Below the pieces are notes generated by a model. That model was not told the origin of the DNA. It was given only the letters and a program-made list of their open reading frames with translations, and made no database searches. Position numbers and translations under genes: made by a program. From Paraglomus brasilianum (lineage: Eukaryota): DNA of 64,000 nt. The stretch covers positions 1 through 64,000 of the forward strand of contig CAJVPI010000028.1 of assembly GCA_910592345.1 (NCBI GenBank), in the 5' to 3' direction. This document shows positions 27,974 to 41,980 of this stretch, piece by piece. The number at the start of each line of letters is the position of its first letter. Within the stretch, counting starts at the first letter, position 1.

Positions 27974-30032
27974 TCACTGTCCGAGCGCAACCGAGGATAA
28001 TAACTCTGCGTGTATGACATTCAGCGCCATATCGGCATTGCATTCATCAATAACGCATGAGATGTTAATCTCTGATGCACCTTGCGAAATCATCTCAATG
28101 TTTATTTGAGCAGCTGCAAGAGTATTAAACATTTTGCCAGCGATACCGACCATATTCTTCATCTGCTTCCCAACCAGACTAAGTATAGCCAGTTTCGGAA
28201 TAACGTCGACCTGAGAGCCAAACCATGAAAAACAAAAGCATTGTATTAAAACATGTCGGCTTTGATGCAAAGATGAATGACAACAATGATGGTTGGCGGT
28301 GAAGATATAATAAGCCGTACCTTTCCCAAAGCGTTTAACTCTTTTAACGCTTTACCTAGATCTTGTTCAGCTGCTACATCTACAAGAGCCATAGATACAT
28401 GAACCTCGCTTGTCGAAATCAAATCCACGACAATTCCATACTTATCCAAGGCAGCAAAGATGCTTGCAAAGAAACCATGACTCATGATCTTTCGATGAGA
28501 GTGAATGTTTAACACAATGATGTTATTCTTTATGGTAACCGCAATTGGATGACGTCTTGTCATGTCCGAATAATAGCCATTCTCGCTGAAAAGCTTGGTC
28601 ATACTTTTTCCAAGAGGGGACAAGTCCCTATTCATCACATCTGGAAATATAACAGTCCCGTCACCATCTGGATTTTGTATATTCTTAATACGGATGGGAA
28701 TACTTGCTCTTATCGCTTGATTCATAGTGAACGGATGAATGACTTCGGAGCCATAGTAAGTCAACTCGGCCGCCTCTTCGGGAGTGATGACAGGAAGCAA
28801 TCTTGCGGTGGGCACTTTACGCGGATCTGCGGTAAATATGCCATCGACTTCTTTCCATATTTGGAGCTCTTCCGCACCAACGCCGACTGCTAATAAAGCG
28901 GCACACAAGTCTGTATACCCACGACCAATACTACAAAGTATGCTTCCTGGTACTTGGCCAAAAAAGCCTACATACAAAAAAAGGAGGAACATGTTGAATG
29001 AGTAATCATATCTAATGTTATAGTCTAATGTTAAATGTAAATGGTATGTGGTTCTTACCAGTCACTACGGGTACGCGATTACCACATTCCTTTATTCTTT
29101 CGGCCATTCTACTGGTCAAGTCGTCATAGAATTCTTGATCAAGGTTAGCCGTATCAAAATCTTGACTAATGATATTACCCAAGTCAACAAATTCAGCATC
29201 GACACCCTGGTATTATTTATAATGGTCAGATAGCAACAAAACTACATCAAGTAAAACCGAGCAAGAAAGAAAAAACACTCACTCTATCACGTAGTAGTGC
29301 GGTAACAATGCGACAAGACAGCTTCTCTCCCATGCCGATGATGATATCTTTCGACCTTGGGGTTAGTTCGTTTATAACCTGCAACAAACACGAGTTTTGA
29401 GATCAGTCACTATTCTCTCGCAATATCAAATGTTTTGATAGTGTACGTGCCATATATCTACCCTTGTTGCCCCAAGGAACTTTTCTAATCTAGTACATTC
29501 TTCTCGCAGACTATTATTCAAATCTGTTAGTACGTAGGCATTGCTGATCAAATTGGATGCCGCGTTAAGATGATCTTCGAGGATATCATTAACGATATCG
29601 ATAAAGCCGGTTGAATTCGACGTCAGGGCTTCCTTCGCAGCCTGAAGAAGTCTGCGGGATCGAATACGGGTAAGCGAAGCGGCAAATCAGATAGAGGCTG
29701 GAAAAATACTCCTGACATACCTATTCGTAGTTCCTAACGCTTTGGTTTCACCACTTCTTGCTGAGCATACAAGAATCGTTCTATGGTTTTCTAGATGGGA
29801 TCTATAACATATGCACTTTTTATTATCATTTTTTTTTTACCAAGGATTGATCATAAATATACCACATATAAATAATGTATGCATATATATACTTTGCTAC
29901 TTTCTCGACTATGGTTTCTGAGAATTTTCCTACGGTTGTCCCGCCAAATTTTTGAACTACCCAGGGTAACACATCTCGGTTGACTAAGAGATCTTGTTCT
30001 AGCGGGGTTGGGCTTGGTGTAAGAGGTGGCAT
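27974..30032 (-). CDS. HOM3: Aspartate kinase
   Basis: WVVQKFGGTTVGKF; CSARS..GTTN; GEKLSC; GFFG..IGRGYTDL; WKEVDGIFTADPRKVP..EAAELTYYGSEVIHP; two ACT domains (DLISTSEV, EMISQGASEINISCV). Confidence 0.96.
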
Positions 30033-30564
30033 GGCAATGTCCTTATTATTATTATGTGCAGCTTTTTTTTTTTTTTACGATAGAGATGGATATCAAAGTA
30101 GATGCACGTGTTTTGTGTAGCAATGATGAATAGAATCTGCACCAACAAAGCGCGTCTTGCAAAAACACCAAATTCAGCCTGTCTCCAAAGTCGATAGCCA
30201 TCGCGTCATCCAAGTCTTTCAATGCTGTGATAGCCATCTTGTCTGTAGTGTCATTTCCAAGTGCCCATTTGCTTGATTATAATTATCGGATGTAATAGGA
30301 ATGTATTCATAATTTTCGTTTGTAAATATGTGGCGTTCAACGGTTTTTGGGACAATTTGTATTTGTATGTGGCGTATTATTATCATCTAATCGTGCAACT
30401 TTTAATCGTGTATAGTAATAATGATATATCACGTGATTATTGAAGGGGGAGAATCCCTTTATTAATCCCACGATTGTGACACATATATTTTACCATATTT
30501 GATAAAGGAATATAAATGCAGCGTGTAACATCGACTTAACGCATCCCTGATTTCTCTCCCAACG

Positions 30565-32711
30565 ATGCCTCTAGAGAATACTTCTATGAACATATTCTCT
30601 TCATATTTGAACTCACCTCGCATAGCAACGTTAAAGAACATTATATTTATCCTATTTGTATATTCTTATGTATCTAGAATTATTAATAAACTCGCAGTCC
30701 AAGGCGTCCGTCGTACTCTATGGGATGGCTATAGGCTGATAGGTGGGATGATATTTAGAGCTATCTCCAAAGCACCTGGAGCTAGTAGAAAAATACAAGC
30801 AGAGATGGATAAAGCGATCAAATATATCGAGGAGAAAGTCGCTCCAAATAAGCCCGGTGAACCGCGATACCTTGCTTTACCAGATACCGGACTGGATGAA
30901 ACGAAGCTTAAACAGGAGCTTATTCGGTTGATGTCGCGTTTAGCTTGAGTACCAAGTATGATATTCTCCGAAAACTCATTGATTAACTATTTGAACACAT
31001 GTATTTAGGTATCAGGCCATGGGTAATATTAATTGGGAAGAAGGTCGCGCCTCGGGAGCAGTATATCACGGCGGACGTGATTTCTCCCAACTCACCAGCG
31101 AAGCGTCTGCAATGTTTTCCGTGACCAATCCTCTGCATCCTGACATATTTCCGGGCGTACGTAAGATGGATGCCGAAGTCGTGTCAATGGTTCTGAATGT
31201 ATATCACGCACCGAAGGGAGCTGGTGGAACCACTACTTCTGGCGGGACAGAGAGTATATTCATGGCGTGTAAAGCTTATCGTGATTGGGCAAAGGCCGTC
31301 AAAGGAATAAGCGAGCCAGAAATGTAAGTGGGGATCGATTAATGACCCCAGTTTACGTAAGAAAATCGCTAAATTTGGAGAGTTTTTATTTCTAGGGTTG
31401 TTCCCGTTACTATACACGCAGCATTTGACAAGGCAGCATCTTATCTTGGCATTAAAATGGTGCACACACCGATTGATCCAGTTACTTGTAAAGCAGACAT
31501 CAAAGCTATAAGAAACGCTATCAACCGGAATACAATAATGGTAAAGCCTCATGAACTGGGCACTCCACCGCAGAGAGAGCATGTCTGCATCTCCGTTATC
31601 AATTGGACACTCATTGCTATTCACATGTCATAATAGATCGCTGGATCAGCTCCAAATTTTCCGCACGGCATAATTGATACTATACCGACGCTTGGTCGAA
31701 TTGCAAAGCAACGGGATATTGGGCTGCATGTCGATTGTTGTCTTGGAAGTTTCCTAGTCCCTTTCCTTGAGGAGGCTGGCTATCCGTCTGAGCCGTTTGA
31801 TTTCCGGGTAGATGGAGTTACGTCAATATCATGCGATACTCATAAGGTGAAATTCTTGTTTGGAAACCTCCTTGTTTGTTTCTTTTTGTTGTCCTTGTTT
31901 CGCCCTGGGCATTGCCATCTTATATTTTTTCCTTTATTCGTATCAGTATGGGTTTGCTCCCAAGGGTTCATCGGTTATAATGTACAGAACAAAGGCCCTT
32001 CGTAAATATCAGTACTTTTTTGCTCCGGAATGGACTGGCGGTATTTATGCTTCTCCATCGATGGCCGGGTCACGGTTAGTATGTCTGAAGGCAACATTTT
32101 CAATAGTGTGAAGATGATTTTGAGACACGAAAATGACCTGCATCTTTACGTCAAATCTAGGCCTGGTTCCTTAATTGCGGGATGCTGGACTGCAATGATG
32201 AAAATGGGAAGGACGGGATATGTGGATGCTACTAAAAGTATCGTTGGATGTGCTAAGAAGATTGAAGCTGGGTAATGTAACCATATTTACAGTATTTGTT
32301 CATCACTTTGAAAACTGCCGTTTTTTAACCATTATTATTTCGACATATAGTATTCATCAAATGCCCCAATTGTTTGTGTACGGCAAACCATTGGTTTCTA
32401 TCGTGGCTTTTGGATCTCGGACGCTTAACGTGTATACGCTTGGTGACGTGCTCACAGAGAAAGGATGGAGTCTCAACGTCCTTCAAAATCCACCAGGCAT
32501 TCACATCGCATGTACGCTGTTAACTGTTCCACATGCTGATAAGTTTTTAGAGGATCTCAAAGACGCCATTTCCGTCGTTGAACAAAAGCAACGCAATGGT
32601 GAGAAAGCGAAAGACACTGCCGCTATTTATGGGATGGCTGCAACGTTACCTGACACCAAACTTGTTAACGATGTTGCTGCAAGCTTTTTGGACGCTTTAT
32701 ACAACGCGTGA
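30565..32711 (+). CDS. DPL1: Sphingosine-1-phosphate lyase (PLP-dependent)
   Basis: N-terminal TM segment; [95 protein letters not shown]. Confidence 0.96.
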
Positions 32712-33603
32712 AAAGTGAACAATAACTATCACTTTCTATTAATACCAATCAGGCGCTATGCTTATTTTTGTTACATTACCAATGTTAAATTATTCAAAAG
32801 CCCAGACGATTAAATATAACTTAATTATCAATAGTGAGGTGTAGTTGTACCATCTATACATATATCACATTAAAAGTCATACGCAAGATACGCAAGGCAT
32901 TCCATTATTCATTTCAATGGATACATTATTTCCAGTATCTCTGGTCGAATTATCCCTCGTTCAGCTCGTTCACAAGCCATTAATGAAATTTGATTATCAG
33001 GTAATTCGAGGACTCGCGTACAACAAACAAACCGCTTTACTGGTCTTGGACATTAAAATTTGCCATTTTCGGTTATAGACTGATGGCGTTAAAAAACTGG
33101 CCATTCTACCTACCAGATAGTTTTTAGGTGACCATTTAATGAATTTACAATTTTTCGCTTCGTATCGCGTACTTAAAAGATACAAAGTGCTAATAACAGT
33201 AAAAACTATGTTCACATACAATTTGAACATTTTGCCAAAGGAAAGATTATTGTATTGCCATAACAATCTTTATCCTATTACATGTCCTTCTTAATCGTGC
33301 TGATAACGTGTTGTGTATAAACTTGAAAGTAGCAAATTATTTAAGACATACTAATACTACATTCTTAATATTAAGTGGTTCATAAAACAAGCATCAAACT
33401 AGAAATGCGGATTCAACATACTAATACACATATTAATGCCCGACAGTTAAAACTTCTAACTAACTAAACAGCTCATTTACATGTGCTAACACGCAATTGA
33501 CAGCCATATTAAAAGATCGGCGTCAATTATTCCTGAACTCGATACATTCTGAACGAGAGGTCACAATAAGAGGCGGGTGTACCAACTTCGCACGCATCGT
33601 GAG

Positions 33604-34521
33604 ATGGCATTATCCACAACAACGTTCTCAGTTTCGACAGCAAAGAGCTTTTCTTTAGTAGGAGATGTATATACGAATACACATCTTGATAATAAAAATT
33701 TACAGCCATATCCAGCCATTATATTATGCCATGGGCTAGTACAAACTCGTCAGAGTAAATCACTGCAAGTAATAATCGAAGCAATCGCCAATACATCAGG
33801 TCTTGAAGATTTACGAATAATCACGTTTGATTTCCAGGGATGTGGAGAGAGTGGTGGCGAAACAAGTAAGAGGCTAACAGACTTTGAGGAGAAAAAAACA
33901 AGAGGTATCGAGCGCTTACTGTCATTACAATGATGTGCGTCAGGTTACGGGAATTACAACGAAGAAGCTGAAAACCTTGAAACCATTATTCGGTTTGCAA
34001 AAAACAATCTTAATTTTCGTATAATTGGAACTCTCGGCCATAGCAAGGGCGCGGCAGTTGTGCTATTGCACGCAGCAACGTATCTGGACTCTACGCTCCC
34101 CCTCGTAATCAATGTCTCGGCACGCTTTGATCATAGTGAGACTCCAGTAGATCGGTTTACCTCCGAGATGATGACTTCTCTTAATGAGAAAGGGTCATTT
34201 ATATTGACGTACGATAGTAATAGTAAACCCTATATAATCACCGCCGAAGATATGCGCGCACGGAACAGCTTAGATATGACTGTTGTCAAGAATATCAAGA
34301 ACAGTACAAAAGTATTGACTGTGCATGGAGATGCGGATAACGTTTGTCCAGTAAAAGGAGCATACGAGTACGATCGGCTGCTTGGTGATAGGCATAAATT
34401 AGTAATTGTGAAGAACGCAGGACATCGTTGGTGTCAAACTTCAGCCGAAATTGAAGAACTCGGACAAACTGTTGTGGGTTGGATTAAGGAAAATTGGCAG
34501 TGGGCCATAGAGAATGCATGA
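33604..34521 (+). CDS. Alpha/beta-fold serine hydrolase (one intron)
   Basis: ILCHGL oxyanion motif, FDFQGCGESGG, nucleophile GHSKG, VHGDADNV (Asp) and AGHRW (His); intron at about 33866-33943. Confidence 0.9.
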
Positions 34522-34671
34522 AGTACCAACTTTGTTATTCGATCGTATGTTAGGCTTTTGAAGTTCCTCGGAATTGTCTCAAAACAGATCACAATTAATC
34601 ATTATTATTAAAGCCTTAGCAGACATCGTAAGAATTAACTTTCAATTTTTAAATTGAGCTGTTGTCTATTA

Positions 34672-35633
34672 AAAGTGGCTCTCGATATAAGAAAGTGATC
34701 AGGACCCGCCAAATTCCTTTCTTATATCGAAAATTTCTTATGTTGAGAGTCTCTTGTTATAAGACAGTCCTTAATTAACGGGAATAAAATTTTCTTATAG
34801 CAAACCTTTATTTACACAAGATATCTGTCTAGAGTTACTTGTCTTTTACATTTAATACGTCTTTTTCAAAACGACATAGCCTTTGAATAAAAGACCCATC
34901 TACCTTAACATCGTTGTTTGTTTGATTGATTGATAAAACGGAGAATAATATTGAAGTTACTGATAACTTCACTATGAGAAATACTTTCGTTATACTCTTC
35001 TTCTTCTTACTATTGTGTACTGCTTCAATTATTTCACTATCACTAGGCATGCTTTCATTGATTTAAAAGGCATCATCGATTCATTCGCTGGTAATGGCAT
35101 ATTTATAGGCAGTTGGTCAATAAGGAATTGAAGTTCCTTTGTAAGATCTACAGTATTGTCTAAATTAAGAAATTTTTCGGTTGGCTCATGATAAATCGGC
35201 GCCAGATTAGTATTAAAGTAAAAATAGTGTGATTATTATTATTATCTAATAATGTGTTAAAGGATGTGCGCGCGTTATGCAGAAGTCTCACAACATTCTA
35301 AAATAGGAAATGTTTAGTGTTACTCATCTACACAGTGAAACCATCGATATAACGGACCGTTAATAAAACGGACTTTTTCTCTGGAACGGAATTTGTTTAC
35401 TAAATAATATCTGATATAAAACTCACAAATCGATATTACGGACCCGTCGGCATTACGGATTAAAACGCTGGTCCCGAACAGTCCGTTATATCGACTTTCA
35501 CTGTGTATATCGAGAGAGACTTTCTTATAACGATAAAATCTCGGCACAAACTTTCTTGTATAAAGAAAATTTTTTAGTAAAAATTAAAATCGGGACCAGC
35601 CAAAAAGCTTTCTTATATCGAGAGTCACTTGTA
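34672..35633 (-). mobile_element. pogo-like deletion derivative with nested MITE
   Basis: Ends AAGTGGCTCTCGATATAAGAAAG / CTTTCTTATATCGAGAGTCACTT are inverted repeats. Internal fragment MPSDSEIIEAV..VDGSFIQRL resembles a pogo transposase C-terminus. Confidence 0.75.
35331..35505. mobile_element. MITE nested in pogo derivative
   Basis: TA-CACAGTGAAACCATCGATATAACGGAC ... GTCCGTTATATCGACTTTCACTGTG-TA. Confidence 0.85.
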
Positions 35634-35776
35634 TTAGAAAGTCTTCTTGAAATAATTACTAGAAATTCTATATACACCCCCGTATTCGTCACTTTTGTTT
35701 CGTGTGTCCTTTATTAAGCACAGCTAATACTAATACAGACTCTAGAGCTTGCGTGTTCGTCACTTTTTTGATCTAC

Positions 35777-36860
35777 ACTCAGTGGAAAAAAGTCACCGGA
35801 CACTTTATTTGTTTTCAAAATGGTGCGATCATCACAAAATAAAAAAAAAAAAATTTTTTTTTGAAAGACGACTATAAAAACGTGACTACAATCTACCAAT
35901 AGAATTTAAGGAGAAGAGTGTTACACAATAACAAATTCTATTGGTAGATTGTAGTCACGTTTTTATAAACATTAATGCAAAAATGGGACCCACACACCTC
36001 TCAATACACTCGTGAACACGTCTAGGCATACTATCGATCAACTTCTTATAGTTTTTCCTGGGAATAGTTTCCCACTCTTCTTTTAATACTAATGCCACAT
36101 ATAATTCGTGCTTATTTGCGGGGCGTAAATTTCGTTTTCGTGCTCTTCTTTGTAGTTCACCCCATAAATTCTCAGTAGGGTTAGATCAGGTGATTGTGCG
36201 GGCCACTTTGAGAGAATCTTAACCTGTTTCTGAGACATCCAGTCCTTTGTGTCTTTGGCAGTATGGATGGGCGCATTATCTTGTTGGAAAAAATAACAGC
36301 GATGATTGAATTTCTTGTGAATCCATGGCAATAAGTTGTTTTCCAAAATTTGTATATATCCAAAGCGATTTAATTTGCCTTCTACTAGTACAAAGGACCC
36401 AATCCTGTCCCACAAAACATCCCCATACCATCACGCTACCTCCATCATGCTTTACTGTAGGTACAAGATTTTCCGGGAATCTTTTACCATTTTCTCTCCA
36501 GACACGCTGTGGGCCATCACTAAAGAGATAAAACCTGGATTCATCACTCCAAATAATTTTATTCCATTTTTTTATTGACTGATTGCCCTCTTCTGAAAGT
36601 GTAATAATTTTGCACGTTCACATTCAATAAGTTCTCTTCTATTCTTAACTGAAAGCTGGTTCTAATTTTCGCGCCATTTTTACGTAATGAATAAGAGAGA
36701 TCGAAGAAAACTTTGTCATTAATTGACTTTGTTTACATCAATATTCGCGACTGTTACACTATAGAATTATTTAAACTATTTATGGTAAAAAATCACAATC
36801 ATTTTATTATACATTATCCCGAGCAGTATTTGAATATATAAAGTGTCCGGTGATTTTTCG
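35777..36860 (-). mobile_element. Tc1-family transposon relic (DDE_3-type transposase pseudogene)
   Basis: IWSDESRFYLFSDGPQRVWR..PTVKHDGGSVMVWGCF, FQQDNAPIHTAK, WPAQSPDL and KLIDSMPRR, with frameshifts; inverted AAAGTCACCGGACACTTT / AAAGTGTCCGGTGATTTT at about 35789 and about 36840. Confidence 0.88.
35873..35967. repeat. Perfect 35-bp inverted repeat with 25-bp loop
   Basis: TATAAAAACGTGACTACAATCTACCAATAGAATTT (35873-35907) and its exact reverse complement (35933-35967). Confidence 0.95.
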
Positions 36861-36899
36861 AAATCCATTTGTTATAAACTTTTTATTTATAATACTAAT

Positions 36900-37445
36900 A
36901 CATCATGGAATTGCCTTCACTGTTAATTACAGCTTTAACTCTCTGAGGCATGCTATTTACTAAATTCTTTCCTCCTCTAAAACTGAAATGAGCTTGTGTT
37001 CATGCAATTTTCTTCCAATATGATCCCACAAACCGAAGGACAGAATTTTTAAATTTTAAGTTGCCTCTCTTCATTTTTTTTATTTGGCTCCTATCATTTT
37101 TTTTTGCAGCAGCAGGCTTTTTTTCTAAAAAAAGAAAGACACTGAATTTTTTAAAACTTTGGGTTATATCCGCTCTTAATTTCTGGTCCTCGCAGGGACA
37201 GAATGCTCAATCGGATTGAGATCCGGGCTCTGAGCGGCCAGGGAAGAGAAGATATCAAATGTTCTTCTTTCCAGGCAAGTACTCAGTTAGCTCTATTACT
37301 ATGACTGCCCATAACCAATGATAATTGATGTGATGTCATTAATATTAAGTGTAAATAGTGATCGTACAGAAAAAATTTTTTTTGTTCATTATCGTTACAT
37401 GCAGTGAGAATGAAAGTCAAAGGTGAGAATTCTTTCACTGAGTAT
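36900..37445 (-). mobile_element. Second Tc1 transposase fragment
   Basis: AQSPDLNPIEH at about 37203-37240 and KNLVNSMPQR at about 36940-36970 on the minus strand. Confidence 0.7.
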
Positions 37446-37732
37446 TTGTTGAATGGTTATTGTGTTCAAAGCTACGCTGCCACTAAGCAGAAATCGGAGA
37501 ATTGAAAGCGCGTCGCGGCCGCAGCTTGCGAAAGTCACCAGTCAGGTAACCTGCTGTAAGTGGTGTGACTGTAGGGGGTCTGACTTTTTCATATAATTTT
37601 TATCATCTACTGCACGAATTAAGCAAGCTCCCCACAATCCTCTAAATGTTTAAAAGACTTTGTAGAAAGAAATCTGATTATGTTATTATTTACTTTAGCC
37701 ACGACAACATAAACAGCCCAATTTTCACCAAC

Positions 37733-38281
37733 ATGAACCAAGGTTTACAACAAGAAACGGCATTGGTAACCAACTTCCCAAACTTGGACATTTCGAGAGC
37801 CTTGGCGACAACCAAAACAACGATAAACGACAGAATTGATGCATTGAACAACAGAATTGATACCATGGAGACTAGATTAAACGCTAGATTCGATAGCATG
37901 TATGTTTTTTTTTTGTTTATATCATGAATAAGAAATGTAAGTAATAATTGTACTTCTTATATTTTAGGAATACAAGAAATCTCGCACGCGTACTAAATTT
38001 GCGTATAACCGATCCATATGAAACATTGGAAGTTGTTTCAAATACGACTGGCAATATACCGCAAAATTACCCACAAACAGTTGCCGCGCTTCGCGCAATG
38101 ACACGTATGTATCCTGGCACAATCTGAACTTTATAATAATTAAAATTATTTTACTAAACTAATCATTTATAAAGGTCAAAATATAAACGCTCTCTTGAAC
38201 TTTTATCAATTACCAAATGCTGGAACAGTTGAAACTAAACGCATACACTTTGCGAGACACCTAGAAATTCAGCTATTGTAA
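37733..38281 (+). CDS. Small coiled-coil plus Mug135-like C-terminal domain protein (3 exons)
   Basis: Exons 37733-37899, 37968-38104 and 38175-38281 splice in frame: heptad repeats (INDRIDALNNRIDTMETRLNARFDS), then ARVLN..GNIPQNYPQTVAALRAM..INALLNFYQLP..KRIHFARHLEI. Confidence 0.75.
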
Positions 38282-41200
38282 TCAGACCAACGCCGGCCTC
38301 GAAATACAATGACCGCTACTAATTGCTATCACTATGATTCTTAGAATTTCTCCTCCGTTCTACATAAATTGAAAAATTTACATGGCTGTTCTTTATGGGC
38401 TACTTACTTAATAATGATCTTTTCAAATTGGATATCAAAAGACATCCCTACTACTAAAGTGAACCACACCCGATTTATAATTGATTATATCGCCATGGCA
38501 TAAAGGTCGAATCGGTAAACCAAGCCGTATAAGGACTATCGTACACGGTGCGGAGCTAGTGGTGAGAAACTGTTTGTAGCATTATTCTTGAGTTGAACGC
38601 AAACGAGCGGGTGGCGGAAAACGAGAATTGCAGTATACCTTCAATCGATCTAGAATTTCCAACGCTTTGCAAGATAACTCGTCATCCATGGATATTCCCT
38701 GCAACCAAAAACACATAATTGTCCCGCCATCTGCTTTAACTTTAAAGAAACACCAGAAATGTATCCCACCAACCAGAAAAATAGAATTAACTCCATCCAA
38801 TATATTACCCGCTCCTACTTTACAGATGGGATACGAGAACAAACCTAAGCACCAGATCTAGATGATCCGAGGTTTGAAATTGACAATTCAGTTAGTGATA
38901 AATCCCAAATCCACCCATAAATGACAAACCTAAATCTTGCAACACGAAGTAACTACATCCCATCCCAGCAAGTGTTATTGTCTTCTGGATATTTAACCCG
39001 AGAATAACGCCAGTGAAGATCTATGACTGGGCTATAACTAAGAAAGAATACCTGATAGATTGATCTTGATGCAGAAATAATGGATCATTTATATGTCTAA
39101 GCTGGAGATGGTAAGTGAATAGATTTGGAACGTATTTCCGCTCAGTGGTACAACATCTCCGGCCTTGCAATACAGTCGAAATTTGCAGATCAATTCTAGA
39201 ATATTCAGAGCGTATCTCGAAATATGATTGGTTTAAATGTAGAGATCACTCTTCCGGGTATATAGCTTCATAATCCATCGCGATCCACGCAACTTTGCAA
39301 AGTAGTTTCTTCTCAATTCAAGTTTTAGAATTACGTTTTGTTACACAACGACTATTATAATGAGTTCGAAAGCAAAGCCAAGCCCTACCTTGTATAGTCA
39401 ACTCTCTTTCCAAGGAATATCATGATAATCAATTAGTGCAATGTGAAACTAAAGAGAATCAACGATGGAGACATACATCGGCTACTGCAGACAGTTATTA
39501 GATGTCCAACAAGATCGTGTTAAGTTGGTAATGGAGATTGCAAAAGGGAACGAGGTAATGCAATGATATAATGAGTTTAACTGAAACCAAGAGCAATTTG
39601 GTTTATATAGCCTTTTATAGTATTCTCCTTCTAAATGGCTTTCGGAGCGAAATCCGGTTATTGAAAACGAGCATCAATGTGAAGGAGAAAAACTTTTCAA
39701 GTGTGCCGTAGCAGTTAATTTATATGTATATAATATTAGTATTGTGGTTGGTACATTCATCGTTATCGCATCTCGTCTCTATCGTCCATCATCAGGCTTG
39801 TGCACGCAATATCTACACGTAGCTTATAACAGGCTCTCGATTATCGAAATCAATGCTGACAGAACATAAGGGCATTATTTAGTGCGATGTTCATTTGCAA
39901 AACAGACTCTGAATAATAATTCCTGCTTAAGACAACCTTTCTCTATTGCGTGTTTTCGATTTTGGCTTCTAGTTTAGCGATTTGCGAAACGGCACCAAAT
40001 TTATTATTAGTGTTACACAACCAAATGTAAGCCATTTTCGGTTACAATGCTTGGGGTATCTCAGATTATTACGGAGCAGAAAAATATCCAGTTGTGAACA
40101 GAAAAAAACAACCGGAGAGACAAAAATGCAATGCAAACTACATGTCGTAGGAGGATATTTATAAATTTAATTAAATTACCATGCTTGCCAGTATGATGTC
40201 GAATTCAGATGCCTTCCATATGCACCACTCGCTATCGGGTTATGTAGCAAGTACTCTCTTCACAAACAAATAATATGAGTATTGTGACATCATATCAAGC
40301 ACAAGGAAGAATGTTTAAAGAATTCAGCCATTGTTATATACAGTAAACCACATAATGCATCTTATTCACGGACAACTTTTTGTCGGTCGTGGAGATTCGA
40401 TATGTATACGCTCAACGCATTCCGCTTTACATCTAGTGGTAGCGTAACTTCGAAACAATAGCCACTCAGCATAATATTCAGTACCTTATTTAATATTCTC
40501 TGATCCCTCGGGTTTGTCGGACGCCTTCTTGATTATTCGTTCCCTATAGTGGTTGAGTTATCACTTCACTAAACAGGGCTTTTAGTATTTCTCCTCCTCG
40601 GCATTCCAACAATTTTTAGAAGCATTCATAATAGAAGTTTGGGAGAAATTTTAATTTTTGGTCTTCTTCTTGGCTTTTGCCTTTGTCATTAATAAGTTAT
40701 AGTTAGTGACATGTTATTGCTGTTGTACATCGAGTCAATCATTATTGTCACCTATAATAAGAGCATGAGAAGAGCAGGCATTTGATTCTTTATTTGAGAG
40801 CAAGTTTTTTAAGAGTAGTTATTGCGAGAGGAGTAGAGTAAATGTACTCCGATACTTTACGCATCCCCTCCACATTCGCAGTTTCATACATTTTATTTAT
40901 GGTGGGTCGCTATATCAGTTTATATAATGACACGTGTACTTGCTACCCAATGTTGCGTTATTTATAATGACAAGGCGCGTTTTATTATAATACTATTACT
41001 TTGGTCAACGACATTAATTTGTTGATTGTTCAATCTCATATATCTCTGAATTGCGTCATAATTTTACGCGAAGAGCGCTCAATATAAATAGTGATAAAAA
41101 GCAAGGTCAACTCTAGCTGTAATTTTTCCCAATGAAGCAACCATATTACTATATCCTGCGCAGCTCCAGCAAGGATTTCTAAATTAGATATTGCAATCGT

Positions 41201-41399
41201 TGCCTACATCGGGATTAGCCTGCGCTTACACGAACATTTAGACAATTACCTAGTGGCGCAACACTATTCAGATAACCAGTAGCGCGACTTCCTTCTTTTT
41301 TAGTAAACGAGTAGTTCCCTCTATCGGTTAAGGATATTTTATACTTGTTCCTGGTGGCATTACGTCTAAGTAAATAAATAATGTAATTTAGATAGCAAT

Positions 41400-41980
41400 A
41401 GAATAAATAACTCCAAACCTATAGACTTCCACAGTCGAGGCCGACATAGTAAGCGAGGATTAGTGTCGACAAATAGACACTTGGTTGTGAGTAGTTAAAG
41501 CTTGGTTTAAAAATTTACCAACTCTTGAATTGAAATTAATCGAGTAGGACTTCGTTAAATCCCAAGGTCAATTGTCGTGACCAATCGCAATCTCTTACTA
41601 CGCTTGCTATATGTATAGTACCTTTCCTCGAAAATACCCTACAACAATCGGACAACCTATGTACACGTTCCCAATGCCTGCCTGGGTCAGCATTCCAACG
41701 ATTTTATCTTTCTTCTTCGAACTTATTCCTAAACGCCCGTTCCAGCTGTCCAAAGCGAGTCATTCTCTTTTCGCATTTGCATATATTTATTACTTGCCAT
41801 TATGGGTTAGGTCAATAGTTGACGACAATACGTATAACAGGTCCGTGCCTTTAGTTTGTCGACTGGCTAACAGTTGGCTGGAGCTTATATAATTTCTTTT
41901 CACTTGAAAACCCAGTGACGATGAAACGAACGAATTAATCCAGAGGTATGCGGAATTGAGTCTATCACAAACCCACATTA
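41400..41980 (-). mobile_element. Possible 3' fragment of a non-LTR retrotransposon
   Basis: Frameshifted FQVK/KLYKLQPT..DLLY..CKC pattern, reminiscent of the segment around the C-terminal Cys motif of LINE ORF2; no RT core seen. Confidence 0.3.

Noticed and set aside
38582..39600. Short overlapping ORFs as genes
   Set aside because: No domain motifs or coherent splice model; probably repeat debris.
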